64,000 nucleotides of DNA from contig OZ249436.1 in assembly GCA_965235115.1 (NCBI GenBank), positions 45,076,001-45,140,000 on the forward strand. The letters run 5' to 3'. The notes under the pieces were generated by a model. The model saw only the letters and a list, made by a program, of their open reading frames with translations, was not told the DNA's origin and did not search any database. Of this stretch, positions 39,361 to 52,363 are shown piece by piece. Origin of the DNA: Laetmonice hystrix (taxonomy: Eukaryota). The position numbers were made by a program, and so were the translations under genes. Each line of letters begins with the position of its first letter. The first letter of the stretch is position 1.

Positions 39361-40251
39361 TCCCTCCTGTGGTTTGTAAATCGTCAGTCCCACCTGTGGT
39401 TTGTAAATCTTCAGTCCCACCTGTGGTTTGTAAATCTTCAGTCCCACCTGTGGTTTGTATATCTTCAGTCCCTCCTGTGGTTTATAAATCTTCAGTCCCA
39501 CCTGTGGTTTGTAAATCGTCAGTCCCCCCTGTGGTTTGTCAATCTTCAGTCCCTCCTGTGGTTTATAAATCTTCAGTCCCACCTGTGGTTTGTAAATCTT
39601 CAGTCCCACCTGTGGTTTATAAATCTTCAGTCCCACCTGTGGTTTGTAAATCTTCAGTCCCACCTGTGGTTTGTAAATCTTCAGTCCCACCTGTGGTTTG
39701 TAAATCGTCAGTCCCACCTGTGGTTTGTAAATCGTCAGTCCCACCTGTGGTTTGTAAATCGTCAGTCCCACCTGTGGTTTGTATATCTTCAGTCCCACCT
39801 GTGGTTTGTAAATCGTCAGTCCCACCTGTGGTTTGTCAATCTTCAGTCCCACCTGTGGTTTGTAAATCTTCAGTCCCACCTGTGGTTTGTAAATCTTCAG
39901 TCCCACCTGTGGTTTGTAAATCTTCAGTCCCACCTGTGGTTTGTAAATCTTCAGTCCCACCTGTGGTTTGTAAATCTTCAGTCCCACCTGTGGTTTGTAA
40001 ATCTTCAGTCCCACCTGTGGTTTGTAAATCTTCAGTCCCACCTGTGGTTTGTAAATCTTCAGTCCCACCTGTGGTTTGTAAATCGTCAGTCCCACCTGTG
40101 GTTTGTAAATCTTCAGTCTCACCTGTGGTTTGTAAATCTTCAGTCCCACCTGTGGTTTGTAAATCGTCAGTCCCACCTGTGGTTTGTAAATCGTCAGTCC
40201 CTCCTGTGGTTTGTAAATCGTCAGTCCCTCCTGTGGTATGTAAATCCTCAG
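39361..40251. repeat. 30-bp minisatellite, about 30 copies
   Basis: Unit TCCCACCTGTGGTTTGTAAATCTTCAG plus flanking bases; the long ORFs in the track here are repeat translations. Confidence 0.97.
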
Positions 40252-41309
40252 TGGTGAAACCAATTAACGAGGAGACGCCAAACCGGCCTTCCCAACGTGT
40301 TGATCTCACACTGATAACCCTTGTTAGCCCCTTGTCAGATGTGGATTCGATTTTGAAACGAAACGCTCTAAATGTTTCGGAATTTTTCCCTCTCTCAACA
40401 CCATCTATGTCAAACAGTTGCTGGTAGGCCGTCCCGATTAAACTTAATATAAATATTTTAATTTAAAAAAGTTTCATTCTATTGATACATCGCCAGGATT
40501 TAGCAGAATGATAGAATCGAGATTTTAAAGGATTAACTGACTTTTACATCACTCGATACAACCCAATGCCATGTGCAAGTTTGTAATTGGTCATATGAAC
40601 TTAAATATTGCCATTATTAGTTGTTTTTACTCATTGTTACCATGGCGAAGGAGAGTTTACCTTTACTTCATTTATTTGCTTCAATTTGAGGTTTGGTGCA
40701 TTGTGGGAAGACTGCGGTGGCTGATGGTTACAACCAATGACCGAGGAACTTAGTTTATTTATCGGTAACCTTTGAATCAGAAAATCATAAGTCTCTAAAA
40801 GAGCAGGTCGAGTATGATCTGCAAGGTTACAAACTCCAAAAGACTTTGTGACCAAGAGTACTGAACGTATACTATAATACAAACCAGGTAAGGGTGCTTC
40901 GTTTGAGTTTTATGATAAAAATATACTCTTAAATATGAGTGTCTTCAGTACTGTCATATTTACACCTCTGTATGCAAACTTTACCATGTATAATTTCATC
41001 AAAAGCGGAGTATGTAGGTGTTCACTGACAAAATGGTGTTTAAATGGAATTGCTCTTTCATTGAAAAATTACATCTCAGCGTTCTACCGAATACATAATG
41101 GACCCAACAAATCTGGGTCAATTCAGAAAAAAATACAGTGTTTACTGTTTAGTTATAAGTTTACTGTTTAGCTCTATAGTTATGGAGAAAATGTCCCCCA
41201 TCTGTGCACATGGTGCTTCCAGCGATATAAACCCATCTCGTAACCCGCTCAAAAGTGTTTGTTAACCCGTATAATTGCATATCTCGAGGGTTAAATTGTC
41301 CGTTATATA

Positions 41310-43115
41310 TTAGTGCCGTGGGTTTTCACAACTGGCGTATTTCTGAAACTTGAAATGTGGGTCTCGGACCTCAGCATTGGGCGCGGCCCTGCTTGTCACT
41401 GAACAGAGGTCTAAAGTCAACGACTCGTCATATATTCCTTGGCCTGACTCTATCGGAGTCATGTAGATAAAAGGTTCAGAAATGGCTTCCACTGCAGAAC
41501 TTCCCACGGAGTTTTCGGTGAGCTTCGCAATATGGCACGGAGAGTTCTTTGGGCAGGAGAAGCGAGGCTGATGACCCTCATTTAGACGATCAGGGTTAAA
41601 ACTACGAATAGTTCCGGAACGACACTTTGATTTAAACCCACACTCGTAATCATGGATGGCTTTGAACACGTCACTGGACCAGACATCGGAGAGCTTGTGG
41701 GTGCCTGTCGTCTGAAGTTTGCCTGAGATACACTCAGGTATGTTATCGGCAGGATCCCTTCGGCGGATTTCATATCCGTGCTTAAACCGTATTATGTTTC
41801 CCACTGGAAAAAACTTGAAGATCACCGTACAGTCCCTGCCACCTTCTCTGTAGAGTTCTGCGTGATGTGGCTCGAGCATTGTAAGGTAAAACGGGCTAAT
41901 CTCTTCACAGGAGATGCCTCTGTATCCACCGTAACGAAGGTTTACGATGTCCGATTGGTTGCCAACGTAAACTTTCCGCCAGAAGTGATCACAGGTAGCA
42001 TGTTTCATACTCCAACAATCTATGTACTTCATGTTTTTTATCTTCCACTTTGGCGGCAGAATTTTGCCATCGTAATGTCTTTGGATGATATAATTAGCAT
42101 TTATTCGCTGAGCCACAAACACGGGAAGGTCCCTTGGCAACGGCGTGTCGTCAACGTGAAACAAATGATACCAGTCAGGTAAACTCAGAACTATCAAAAT
42201 TAATCCAAGGACAACAGAAATAAAATTGGCGGCGAACCTGACAATGCGAATCCATGCTTCCTGTCGCCGACACCAATGTAATACACTCCCTTCAAAACTT
42301 CTCCCAAGGTCGGTACACGATAGGGGGGATATCATTCTCCAGACAGCGCCGACAAACGACACTACCACTAAGAGAAATCCCTCCAATGATTCCAAGAACA
42401 AGATGAGCGAACAGAAAAGACTTACATGCACAATAAGAAAAGCGATAAAAACGGGCATATCTGAAAATAGTGCGATAAGAAACTGCATTCCTTCCTCCAG
42501 GGACCGACGCCAGGCGTACTCTGGCGTGTAGTACAGGGGAGTGTTCTTCACCATAGCGTTTCTCCTCGAAACTTCCAACGTAAAGAATTGTATGAGGAGA
42601 AAGACGCTATTGATTACGCCATAGGCAATCAGAATGTAGCGGAGAGTGGAGAATCCCTTGACCAAGGTCAGACCGTCGTTCAAGGTCAGAGCTCTGACGG
42701 CGTACCACACGACGCTGAAATCAAGGAGAATGAGCAGGACAGATATCACGATGGCGGGAACGAGGCAGGACGGGCCGTCACATCCGGTACGGAACCCCAT
42801 GCCCCAGGGGAGCCACGCAGCGCCACCTAGTGGGTAGCCATGAGCCTGCGCAGTCACGTCACTCAGATCGCCGTGCTGCATGTACGTCGCGGTGTCTCCT
42901 GGGATATACGACGGCGGCGGTCCGGGGTAGGCGCCCCCTGGTGGCGCAAACACAGACGGGAAGAGAGCGGCGTCGCTGGGGTCATAGGGGGGCGGGGCCT
43001 CGGCCCCCTGGCCCGGGGCTTCCTGACCCAGGGGCAGCGAACCGACATGGACGAAACTGTTGTTACCGACCGCCATTCGCGGTCCCAGAGCCTGCAGACC
43101 GATCGCCTCCGCCAT
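41310..43115 (-). CDS. Uncharacterised multi-pass membrane protein, 601 aa: N-terminal PPxY motifs, about 5 TM helices, Cys-rich C-terminal domain
   Basis: 1806-nt non-repetitive uninterrupted ORF; start context AACAACATGG; candidate 5' UTR acceptor (TTCTTTTTCTCCAAAG) with exon starting at 43185; AATAAA on the minus strand at 40754-40759; hydrophobic segments between ~aa 117 and 312. Confidence 0.85.
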   Translation of the reverse strand: MAEAIGLQALGPRMAVGNNSFVHVGSLPLGQEAPGQGAEAPPPYDPSDAALFPSVFAPPGGAYPGPPPSYIPGDTATYMQHGDLSDVTAQAHGYPLGGAAWLPWGMGFRTGCDGPSCLVPAIVISVLLILLDFSVVWYAVRALTLNDGLTLVKGFSTLRYILIAYGVINSVFLLIQFFTLEVSRRNAMVKNTPLYYTPEYAWRRSLEEGMQFLIALFSDMPVFIAFLIVHVSLFCSLILFLESLEGFLLVVVSFVGAVWRMISPLSCTDLGRSFEGSVLHWCRRQEAWIRIVRFAANFISVVLGLILIVLSLPDWYHLFHVDDTPLPRDLPVFVAQRINANYIIQRHYDGKILPPKWKIKNMKYIDCWSMKHATCDHFWRKVYVGNQSDIVNLRYGGYRGISCEEISPFYLTMLEPHHAELYREGGRDCTVIFKFFPVGNIIRFKHGYEIRRRDPADNIPECISGKLQTTGTHKLSDVWSSDVFKAIHDYECGFKSKCRSGTIRSFNPDRLNEGHQPRFSCPKNSPCHIAKLTENSVGSSAVEAISEPFIYMTPIESGQGIYDESLTLDLCSVTSRAAPNAEVRDPHFKFQKYASCENPRH

Positions 43116-45957
43116 GTTGTTAGTGGTTAGGCCGACTTAGGTAGACCCACACCGTGACCTCCGCTTAAACCGTCCGCGAACTTTCCTTTGGAGAAAAAGA
43201 ACAAGTGTCAGAATGAGATACAGGTCATTTCCAGAGGAGGGGGGGGGTCGACCGCCCCCAATAATCTAGATGGGGCATTGCCCCTCCAAAATAAATTTTG
43301 CCCCCCTCCCAATAATCTGTGACTTCGAATAAGAAAAAACGCGCATGTTTTCCCGCGCACCGTTGAAAGCAAGGGCTCTCCTTCCAGCTACCATCGAGAA
43401 GACTGGGATAGGGCGGGGCAGAATGTACATGAAATTGGTCTCCCTCCCTTCCACTTTGAACCCCAAGAAAAGGCACACAATGATCATCAAATGGTGGTAT
43501 CGCAACCCTGAAACCCGTTACATTTAGAAATATTGGGAATGGCAGCATGCTCTGCTCCTCCCCCAACATTTTGCTGACCCTCGGCCCAAATAAGAAAATT
43601 ACGTGGTAGCCATAAACGTGTGGGTATTGGGAACAAAGTTATAGACCGACTATTGTGCTCTGTAGCAAGAGAGCATAAATTACACCCGATATATGTTTGA
43701 GTGAAATCAAAAACAGTTAAGAGCTTAATGTTCGAGGATAAGCCATGCAGGCTTACGAGGTGATCTCAGAAGTTGTGAGTGGAATATAATAAATAATTGA
43801 GTGACTTGCCCAAAGGCACTATACATTTAATATTGTTTTACAACTATGTTCTGACTGCGGTTAACAACGTTGTCTGCTGCCACTATGCTTCTTTAAAATG
43901 CTGCGTCACGCATTGCTGTGAAAACAAGTAGGCCCTATTGAGGTGTGACATCATATCTGAGGTGTACTTCCACGAAGGGGTGGGCTTGCATTCACGATCC
44001 CCCGGATGGAACTATAATTAGAGTGGTCGTCGAACTACAGTCTGGTGTAATCGTTGAAGAAATATTATAACGCATGGAATTAATATAATTTGATAATTAA
44101 TCGTTTTACATGAGAGTCTCCCCTTTGAGCGTCCCCATGCAGTATCCACCAATACTACGATGCAGCAGCAGAGGCCTATCACCGTGCAGGGGCGGAATCA
44201 GGATTTCGGAAGGTGGGGGGGGGGGGGGGGGGGGATACGGACCGACCGACCCAGTCGGATCCAGTTGGCTTCACCGGTCTGGTCGGATCGGTAGAAGACT
44301 GCCAGTGTATCTCCGCCTTAGGATTGGCCTAAGACCGAGGCCTTAGCCTGGTTCCCAAACAGACGCATCCGCGATGTTAGGCCAGGTGCTGGGTAATTTC
44401 ACTGTCAGAAAACCTCCAAACGGAAGGAAGTGATTAAACTCCAAGCACATCCGCTTCCGTTACGTAATTGGTCAGCGTAATTGGTCAGCGTCAACGGAGT
44501 GGCCGATCTCTGCTTGGAGTGTGGCCAATATGGCCATGCCTGATGCACACCGTATAGTCTGGCGTAGGGACCGATGACACTCTATGTCTACACTGATCCA
44601 GAAAAGCGAGGACATTTAATTAACACTTGTATTTTAAAAGGATTTACGAAAATATCTGTATCTTGTTGGAGAAATACGGAGGGTACGGCACTACCTTCGA
44701 CGTTTGCGTCCATGTTTTCGATGGGCCAATCACAATTTCCTTTTCGATTAGCCTTCACCAGGCTCTATACCTAGGCTAGTGAATGTAAACCTGAAGACCA
44801 GGCTCTATAGGCTAGTAAGTATAATCCTGAAGACCAGGCTATACCGGGGCAAGATCGGGGTCTGTGTTGAACTGCTTTGTTTTTGTTTGTCCCTTCTATA
44901 TCTCTTTTTTCCCTTTTCATTTTTTATATAATTCTTTCAATAAAGGGGGGCCTCACGCCCCCTTGATGCGCCCCTTTTACAGAGTGAAATATGGATTAAA
45001 AGAGTGAATGGATTAAACCATTTATATACAGGAGTTTCCGCAAAAGTTCACAGAAAATTCTTTCTTTCTTTCTGTCTGAGTGTGTTGCACAGCGCGGTCC
45101 CCTAGAAGTACTGGCCCGGCTGTCCTATATATCTATACACGCCTGTTGTATTTTACATGTGTGTACTATAGACACCATCATCACGACACCTTTGTAACAG
45201 AATACCATCGGTGTGCCATGTCTCAGAGTTTATGGCAAAGGACATCTTGCATGGGCATCTTTTACTAGCAGCTTTGCCTTCTAATGTCAGGGCGGGTTAC
45301 CTTACGTAAACAGTTCAGAGTTCAATAGACCATTTAGTTCTTTACAATCTTACTTCAATCTTATTCTCTTATTCGCGCTGTATTATTTCGCATATCTTGG
45401 CGATATCGCCACCCTGCCTGCATGGTTATATGGGCGTCGCGGTTCAACGCTGAGGAGTATTGGCTTCTTTCCCGATAATAGTACAAACATATTTTGATGG
45501 CCCCCTAACACAATAATAGGCTCGCCGGATCAGACAAAGCAGGAACTCTTCAAATTCACGTACACCTGGCTGATTGTCTGTCTCCACGGTGGATCAATAC
45601 ATTTATAGCTCGGGGAAGATTAACGGAATTAAAGTCGGCTTTACCTAGATTGTGAAAACGTGTTTACCAATCGACAGAAGTAGTCCTAATCGACTGACAC
45701 AGATTGTCATAGCTGCCGTACTGATTCTTTCACCGACTTCTACAGTGTGAGAATCATGAGGACACGTTTTCGGAATGATTAGCCTCGTTTTCGTTGATCA
45801 CCTTGGTAACCTGGTCAAGAAATCTGGAGGTAAGACGTATCTTCCACACCAGAGACCGATAACTACAAGGCAACAATACAAATACAATATAGACCTGTTG
45901 ATTCCTATCATGCCTTTCACGCAAAGCTGGCAACGATAGGACTTTTTGCAAGACTCG

Positions 45958-45991
45958 AAGAAGAAGAAGAAGAAGAAGAAGAAGAAGAAGA
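45958..45991. repeat. (GAA)n microsatellite, about 11 units
   Basis: GAAGAAGAA... run. Confidence 0.95.
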
Positions 45992-48900
45992 CTTTGGGTT
46001 TGTAGGCCGATTTGACGTTGTCCTGCAGTTGTCGGACTCTGAACCTACCCCTAACCCCTCCTCCCGGTCGCGCGACCTCTCCCCCCTAAGGTTTTTTTTC
46101 ATAATTTGTACTCCATGCTGTTGTATGAACTGATAACCCATCAGGACTGGTGTAGGCCTCTTATAATTTAGAAGACATAAAAGCGTGGCGTGTTTTTGGG
46201 GTCCTTACTCCAGGCCTATAGCATGTGTAGTTGTATTCGGCCCACGGTCTACGATCAATGTTTAATGTCGCAGCGATAAACTGCTATGGTCCATAACCAT
46301 CCAACAGTGCCAATATAAGAAATACCTGATGATATGAGTTAATTACGACGCCCACTGATAAAGGTAAATCCGGCATATATTAGCTTATAATAAGATATCA
46401 AACAACTTGGCTTCAGTCCAAGATACTGGTAACACTGGATTAAACTTAAAGCTCCAAAGATAAACCTTAAGATTTGTTGTTGACACAGATGAATGCAGAC
46501 TATACCATCACGTCAGATATTCACTGCGCACCACTGTCCTGAAAACTTGAATTAATTTACCTTATTTCCACCTCCGTTTGGCATGTATTTCCACATCTTG
46601 TCGCCTCTCCTGGAGTGTCGGTCGATAGGAGGACATGGCGACGTTTCTCCTGCGTTGTAGGCCATATATATTCAGAGAGTCAGCCGCTGTAAACTGGCGG
46701 CCGGCCGAGTTGCCCGTTTCGCCTCCACGTCGGTCTGAGACCCCCTTCACCGTCTCTACCTCAACCTCTCGTCACGGCCTAATTGTCGTCATTGAGGGGT
46801 CATTACCCCGTGGTAACTTCCTCACCATATTGGGGCCGGGGTAGGGTGATTGGCAGGGCTGGGGGCTGGGATACGGTTTAGGGGGGAGGTCGGAGATAGG
46901 TATCGGGGTTATATAGGATTAGGTCGGCTGGCAATAGTGATAGATTTTTAGTTATTGTATCACCAAACTTCGCGGAGCGGTTACCATGGAGATCTGTACG
47001 TCCTCCTGTAGAACACGTAATTGGTCGCCGTGTACCCACGACATGTCGACCGTATGTAGGCCGACATGTAGATCTATACACAAACGGCCGGTGATCATGA
47101 ACGCTGGGGTGTACACCACATTGCTTCTCTGTCATCAATTCTAAGAATTATTCTCATCACTGATACTATTCCATATTATATTCAGCTAGTCGTGCTGACT
47201 GCTCATAACGTCATGAACTTCACGCCGAGATGGCCATAAGTTCGCTACATCCGGGTCGTGATCACTATCTATACTCACACGATATGTCTATAATCAAGGT
47301 GTAAATTCTTCTTGGAAGTTAGATCAGGACTTTTAGATCCTAACGATCCCTTTGCCATGAAATATGTACCTCAAGGTCAATTCAAGGTCATGCACGCGGA
47401 CCATGTGCCGGTTGACCTCAATAGTGGATATGTTTTCCTCGATGACCTGTAGATCTATGATTTCCTCTGTCGCATATCACAGATGTACCTTTAAATAATG
47501 ATTAAAACCTTTAAATACAATCGGGTTGAATTCATTCTATAGGCTGAATACGAGAATCGTTTACTGGAAGCTTGCCCACCGAGGTGAGACGAATTCTATT
47601 GTGTGTGTGTTTGGGTGGGGGAGGGTGTTTTTCTCTTTTTCTTTTGGCAATTGCCTCATATCCTTACTAATAAACAGGAAACTATGGACAAGTTTTTGTC
47701 AGTGGTCCTCTAGGTCTGTAATATATAATCGGATACACCCAAATTAACATCATCTCCATAGATCACCTTTTTGTCTTAAAAGAGAAAGAAAAAAGAAAGA
47801 AAAAAGAAGCATGATCTCAATTGCCAACATTGGACAAAATCGAACTTCCGTTCGGTCAAACGTTGACTGAGTGTCGTCCCAGTTGCCAGCAAACAGGGAA
47901 TGACATCGCGGGTCGTTAAAACTATACCTCCAATGCGAACTCCGAGCTGTGTACAATTCGTCGGGAATCATGCCGTTTGATCAAATTGCTGTATTCCTTC
48001 TCATCAAACGGCTCCACTGCTCACTTTTTTTTATATCCCATACGTTTGAAAATGCGAACCGAGCAGTTTGATTTTCGGTGCCTGCAATGTTGTTAGTCCT
48101 AATCCGCATGCGCACTAAAAGCCAGTAGGGGAGCATATCATCACACAGGGAGCCAAGCACTTCTCCATTATGGCCCGAGATCCAGACCCCCTTCTTATAT
48201 ATGGCAATAACAGCTGCTTCTTCCTTTTTATTAAAATGACCGCCGGCCGTGACGATGTTGAAATGCCCGATTGGTTTAAAAATCACCTGAATCTGCTTTG
48301 TAGAAAGACTTGCCCTAAATTCATTGGACTCAATGGCTGAAGGTAAAGGCAAAACTTCATTTGAAATGATTGGCTATGTGTGCTAAAGCATCCCGTTCTG
48401 CGCGTTTTACAATTCTCCCATTTGTGCAGCTTTGGCAATAGGCCGAGTATTGCGAGGCGTATGACAGAGGCAAGGCCAAACGGTCCAGTACCTACAGCAT
48501 GCGACCTGCTTATCCAGTGGAATTGATGGAGCAGATCGAGGCAGGCATGACATGCCGACCTTAGACATTCTCAAGTAAACACGACACAAGGGAGCTGATC
48601 GAGGGCTGGGCCCGACTGCTCCCGATTAGGCCTAGCCTATATGTTGTCAACAGGAGCAACGGCCATCGGGACCCCCGTAAACACTGCCCCGATTACGGCC
48701 ACCTGTCATTGTGACCGTGTATTACGGGGTTATAATGACTTATGGTTTGGGATATAGTTTGATAGGCGCAAATCTGGTATCGCCTGCAGTCTAGGGTAGG
48801 CCTATACGTTCAAGGGGGTGCAAACGATTAACTCTCCTTGGCACTCCGCCTCTAAACAGGACCAGTCGTAGACCAAATGGAATACCAGCACTTACCTCAG

Positions 48901-49441
48901 GGCAATAAATGCCACAATTACGCATAGGCGGATCCAGGATTTTGTAAGGGGGGCCAAGGATATAGAAGTCACCTTATAGGGGGTAAATTCTTCAGTATAA
49001 TGTACACCTGAGCACAAACATGGATTTATAGATCTGGTTACTACTCAAAGTCATATGGATTGAAATGCCAATTCCGTTTCCATTTTCCCTTTTTGCTTCA
49101 GTGATTGCCTTTTTTCAGTGTTTCTATAGATTTCACGGGAGGTCCCCTCAGGAGAAAAACGATACTCCTCCCAGATGTCAGGCTATACACATGGCAATCA
49201 GGGACTGGTAAAGTGACCCGTGAGGTGTGGCTATAGCTGTATCGTCCTCCCAAACCCACACATTGTTTCTCTATAGCTTGTGGCTAAGTCTGACGTAAGT
49301 AGATCTACACGGCGGCAGTCAAATTTCTGAAAGTAAAAAGTAACCCTATCTCTGAAATTAAACTAGTGTGTTACATGGAACATGTGTCAATCACAGGCCT
49401 ATAGACTACAGGCCACGATAATCGGGCCTATTGAGTTGTGC

Positions 49442-50567
49442 TTTAAAAAGGGATGGAAAACCCACACGGCAAATAAGGTTTCGTAGACCAAATGAAACGC
49501 CAGCATTTTTGCATGTTTACAAACGTTGGGACTCCAAACATCGTGCAGACAGGGTGTGTGAGCAGAGTAGGCCTAAACGTAGGCCTAATGGCACGCAATA
49601 CGCCGCGGTGTGCAGCATTCGGCTCTGATGAACACACAAGCAGGTCAAGGTCAGAACCAGCGGCGTCATACATCGGGCACATTCGGAACACCGAGCCCTT
49701 TACGATGTAGAGAGACTCGGATACCAATCGGAGGTCGCCATATTGGGTCAGATGGGGTCAACGCACTATCGTCGTAGCGGCCACTCGCCAGCACTAGTAT
49801 CTGGGCTGTGGTGCTGACGGCTTTAGTTGGCAAAAAGACTGAAACCGAATTTGTCACGGATTTTAGCCTTTCTTGACAATGACATTAGCCATGAAAACGT
49901 GGACTATTCCTTATTTAGCATGTATGATTCGTGCGATAAGAGGATCGATGATCAAGGTAGCCAGTCAAACCATGTCAAACCGTTTCAGTAGATCTACACG
50001 CCACCGTTGAATCGTCAGACCCGTTTTTCTGTGACGGTTTGAAATTTGACTTCTTTCATTTTAAGCGTTATTGGTTATGTTGAACACCTTGTGTTGAATC
50101 CAGTCAAATCAAGGCACATAATACGGCAAATCCATACTCAAAGTGGTTCAATATTATGACTATGAGCCAGGGCGACACGAAGGCCGCGGGCCGCCCGGGC
50201 CGTCCTAGCTGTCCCCACCGGGAGCCACCCGTGCGGCCCTGCAGAGCTGTCGCGAAGCGGCGGGTCATTTTATTCGATTGATCTATGTTTGGTCAAAGTT
50301 GTTAACGTAACAACAACTTTATAATGATATCTGGTCTATATGAGTTTACTAACACCATTAATAGAGGCTCTAACCACTATATATATAAGGGACTCAATTT
50401 CTGCCGGCATCTCACTACCTGTGCCAGTCTTGTGTCATTGCGCACTGGGGCGATACATGGAATCCATGTATATCAATGCGTCGAGGGGTGTCCGAGCACA
50501 ACTACAGCGAAGCGACCGGAAGTTGGGCCGAGGTTTTCCGAATGACATCGGGCAGTTACACGTAATT
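49442..50567. mobile_element. Degenerate Kolobok-like MITE copy (same family as 38822-39262, inverted), split by a nested insertion
   Basis: 49465-49679 matches the TIR and reverse-complemented interior of the 38822 element; the match resumes at 50545 (ACATCGGGCAGTTACACGTAATT). Confidence 0.7.
49680..50544. mobile_element. Non-autonomous DNA transposon with 10-bp TSD (Mutator/MULE-like), nested in a Kolobok-like MITE
   Basis: Termini CATTCGGAACACCGAGCCC / GGGCCGAGGTTTTCCGAATG; TSD ACATCGGGCA at 49670-49679 and 50545-50554; 39-bp end 50506-50544 is the exact reverse complement of 35422-35460. Confidence 0.85.
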
Positions 50568-52037
50568 GGCCTGGTGGTTCCCGATTTCCACCGAACGCGA
50601 AAATGGCCAAACGAAGGCCAAGATAAAAACGGCATCAGCTATAGTGAAACTAGCGAACTTGGTAGTTAGTTTTTTTTTTTTTAATGTAATGTTAATTTTG
50701 TGGATTTTGGACTTCCGGTTCCGGTTCCGGGATGTTGCAGATCTGTAACCATTCGGGATTCCCATAGGCATTTGACGTCACATAGGCTAGGTAGGGCTAT
50801 ACATACTCACCAGGTGGCGCCAGTTACTTCCTCTCAACTGACAAACTTCTTCCCATGAGCCTCTCGGTTCTCTCAAGTCTCACTGCCACAACTTGCAGAT
50901 TTGGCGGTCGACAGCCACAAAGTTCATATACACCTAAAATAGATACCGTATAAGCTAGATTTCACCAATAGTGTTTAAAATGTTTAAATATCACATAATA
51001 AACCAGCATCAACATCGTATGTTTTATCCCGAATACATTCCTTCGCATTTATTTTAAGAACTATTTCATTGTCGGATGTGAACAGGTCGCGCGTTCCGCG
51101 TTCCGCGTAGACGGCTCACCAAGTTGGGCTCACTCCCATAGGGCGGGGATCCCGCGCATACAGCATGGCAACAAATCGCCCATCAAATTATATTCTGTGG
51201 GATGTTTTTGCTGTTTTCACGATAGAATAGGAGATAGGAGATGGCAAGGTAACAACCTCAGCCACAAATTAGAAAAGGTTTTTGGAGTTTTTATTGCTCA
51301 CGACATCATGAAAACAGCAGAGGAGTATAGTCCCGGCAGCCTGGCACTGGCTGGGTCCCTGCTTCACTCCTCTAGGCAGGGAACCAGTTTGGCACTTGTG
51401 GCACACTCGGCTCACCCACGATTGACTCTATCGCGTCATATCTCGGCTGTACGACGAAGGTCGCCATGCTGGGGGGTGGAGTGGGTGGGTAGCTAGGTCG
51501 GGACCACTGACCCGCCGATGTAAACAACAAACTCGCGCGCTGCCGCCGTGCCGAAAATGTAGAACTCCCTAGTGTCGGACTTTACAAAGTCAGAATATCT
51601 GGGTTTCCTCCCAGGTGAAGAAGAGACTGTTTTGTCTCCACGATAGAAAATTCGAGAAGGATATAGGTATGCTGAGAAATTATATTTGAACTAGGCCTAT
51701 GTGCCTGTGCGTAGGGGTCGACTATTTACTCTTGTCTTCATGTGCGACCGCTTTACACTACTTTGCACGAAAAACGGGAAAATGGCCGCTTCATACATCA
51801 GAGGCCTGCTTCGCCTCCGGATATGACCTAGAAACAGCCAATCAGAGTGTGAGGGCTATACGTGTAGGCCCATCATGAACATGATACCATCGTAATAGGC
51901 CTAGATTTCTATTGCCCACTGGTTTTGGGAAGAGCATAGAGGCCTATTTTATTTTAGTTGCTCCCATGCCTGATGCAGACAAAATAGCCTACTGCAAGCA
52001 CTGCCATGCTACTTGCGAAGAAATGGCCGAGGATTAA

Positions 52038-52363
52038 AGGGAGCCGTAAAATTCATTTTTTCGATTTATGGCAGTCTTAGAAACATAGTCATAGATGATT
52101 CGCATACCTTGGACTCCCAGTAACATCATGTGAGACTGTTATGGCCCAGCAAACAGTATTCAGTAAGGAAAATATGCCAAATCTCTCGCAAATACGTAGC
52201 TCAGAATTAGCGAGCGGCCCACAGGATATTTGAGTTGGCCGCCGTCGGGCGATGATGACGCGTGATCACGTGACTTCACATAATGTTACTGGGAGTCCAA
52301 GGTATGCGAATAATATGTTTCTAAGACTGCCATAAATCGAAAAAATGAATTTTACGGCTCCCT
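52038..52363. mobile_element. Kolobok-like MITE with ~90-bp TIRs and TTAA TSD
   Basis: TTAA-AGGGAGCCGTAAAATTCATTTTTTCGATTTATGGCAGTCTTAGAAACATA ... reverse complement ... TTTTACGGCTCCCT-TTAA. Confidence 0.88.

Noticed and set aside
39310..40427. 315-352 aa repetitive ORFs
   Set aside because: A 30-bp minisatellite open in four frames; no unique domain.
45300..46141. Possible upstream exons of the 601-aa gene or transposase relic
   Set aside because: Only short frames with stops; no recognisable motif, and the splice partners cannot be assigned from sequence alone.
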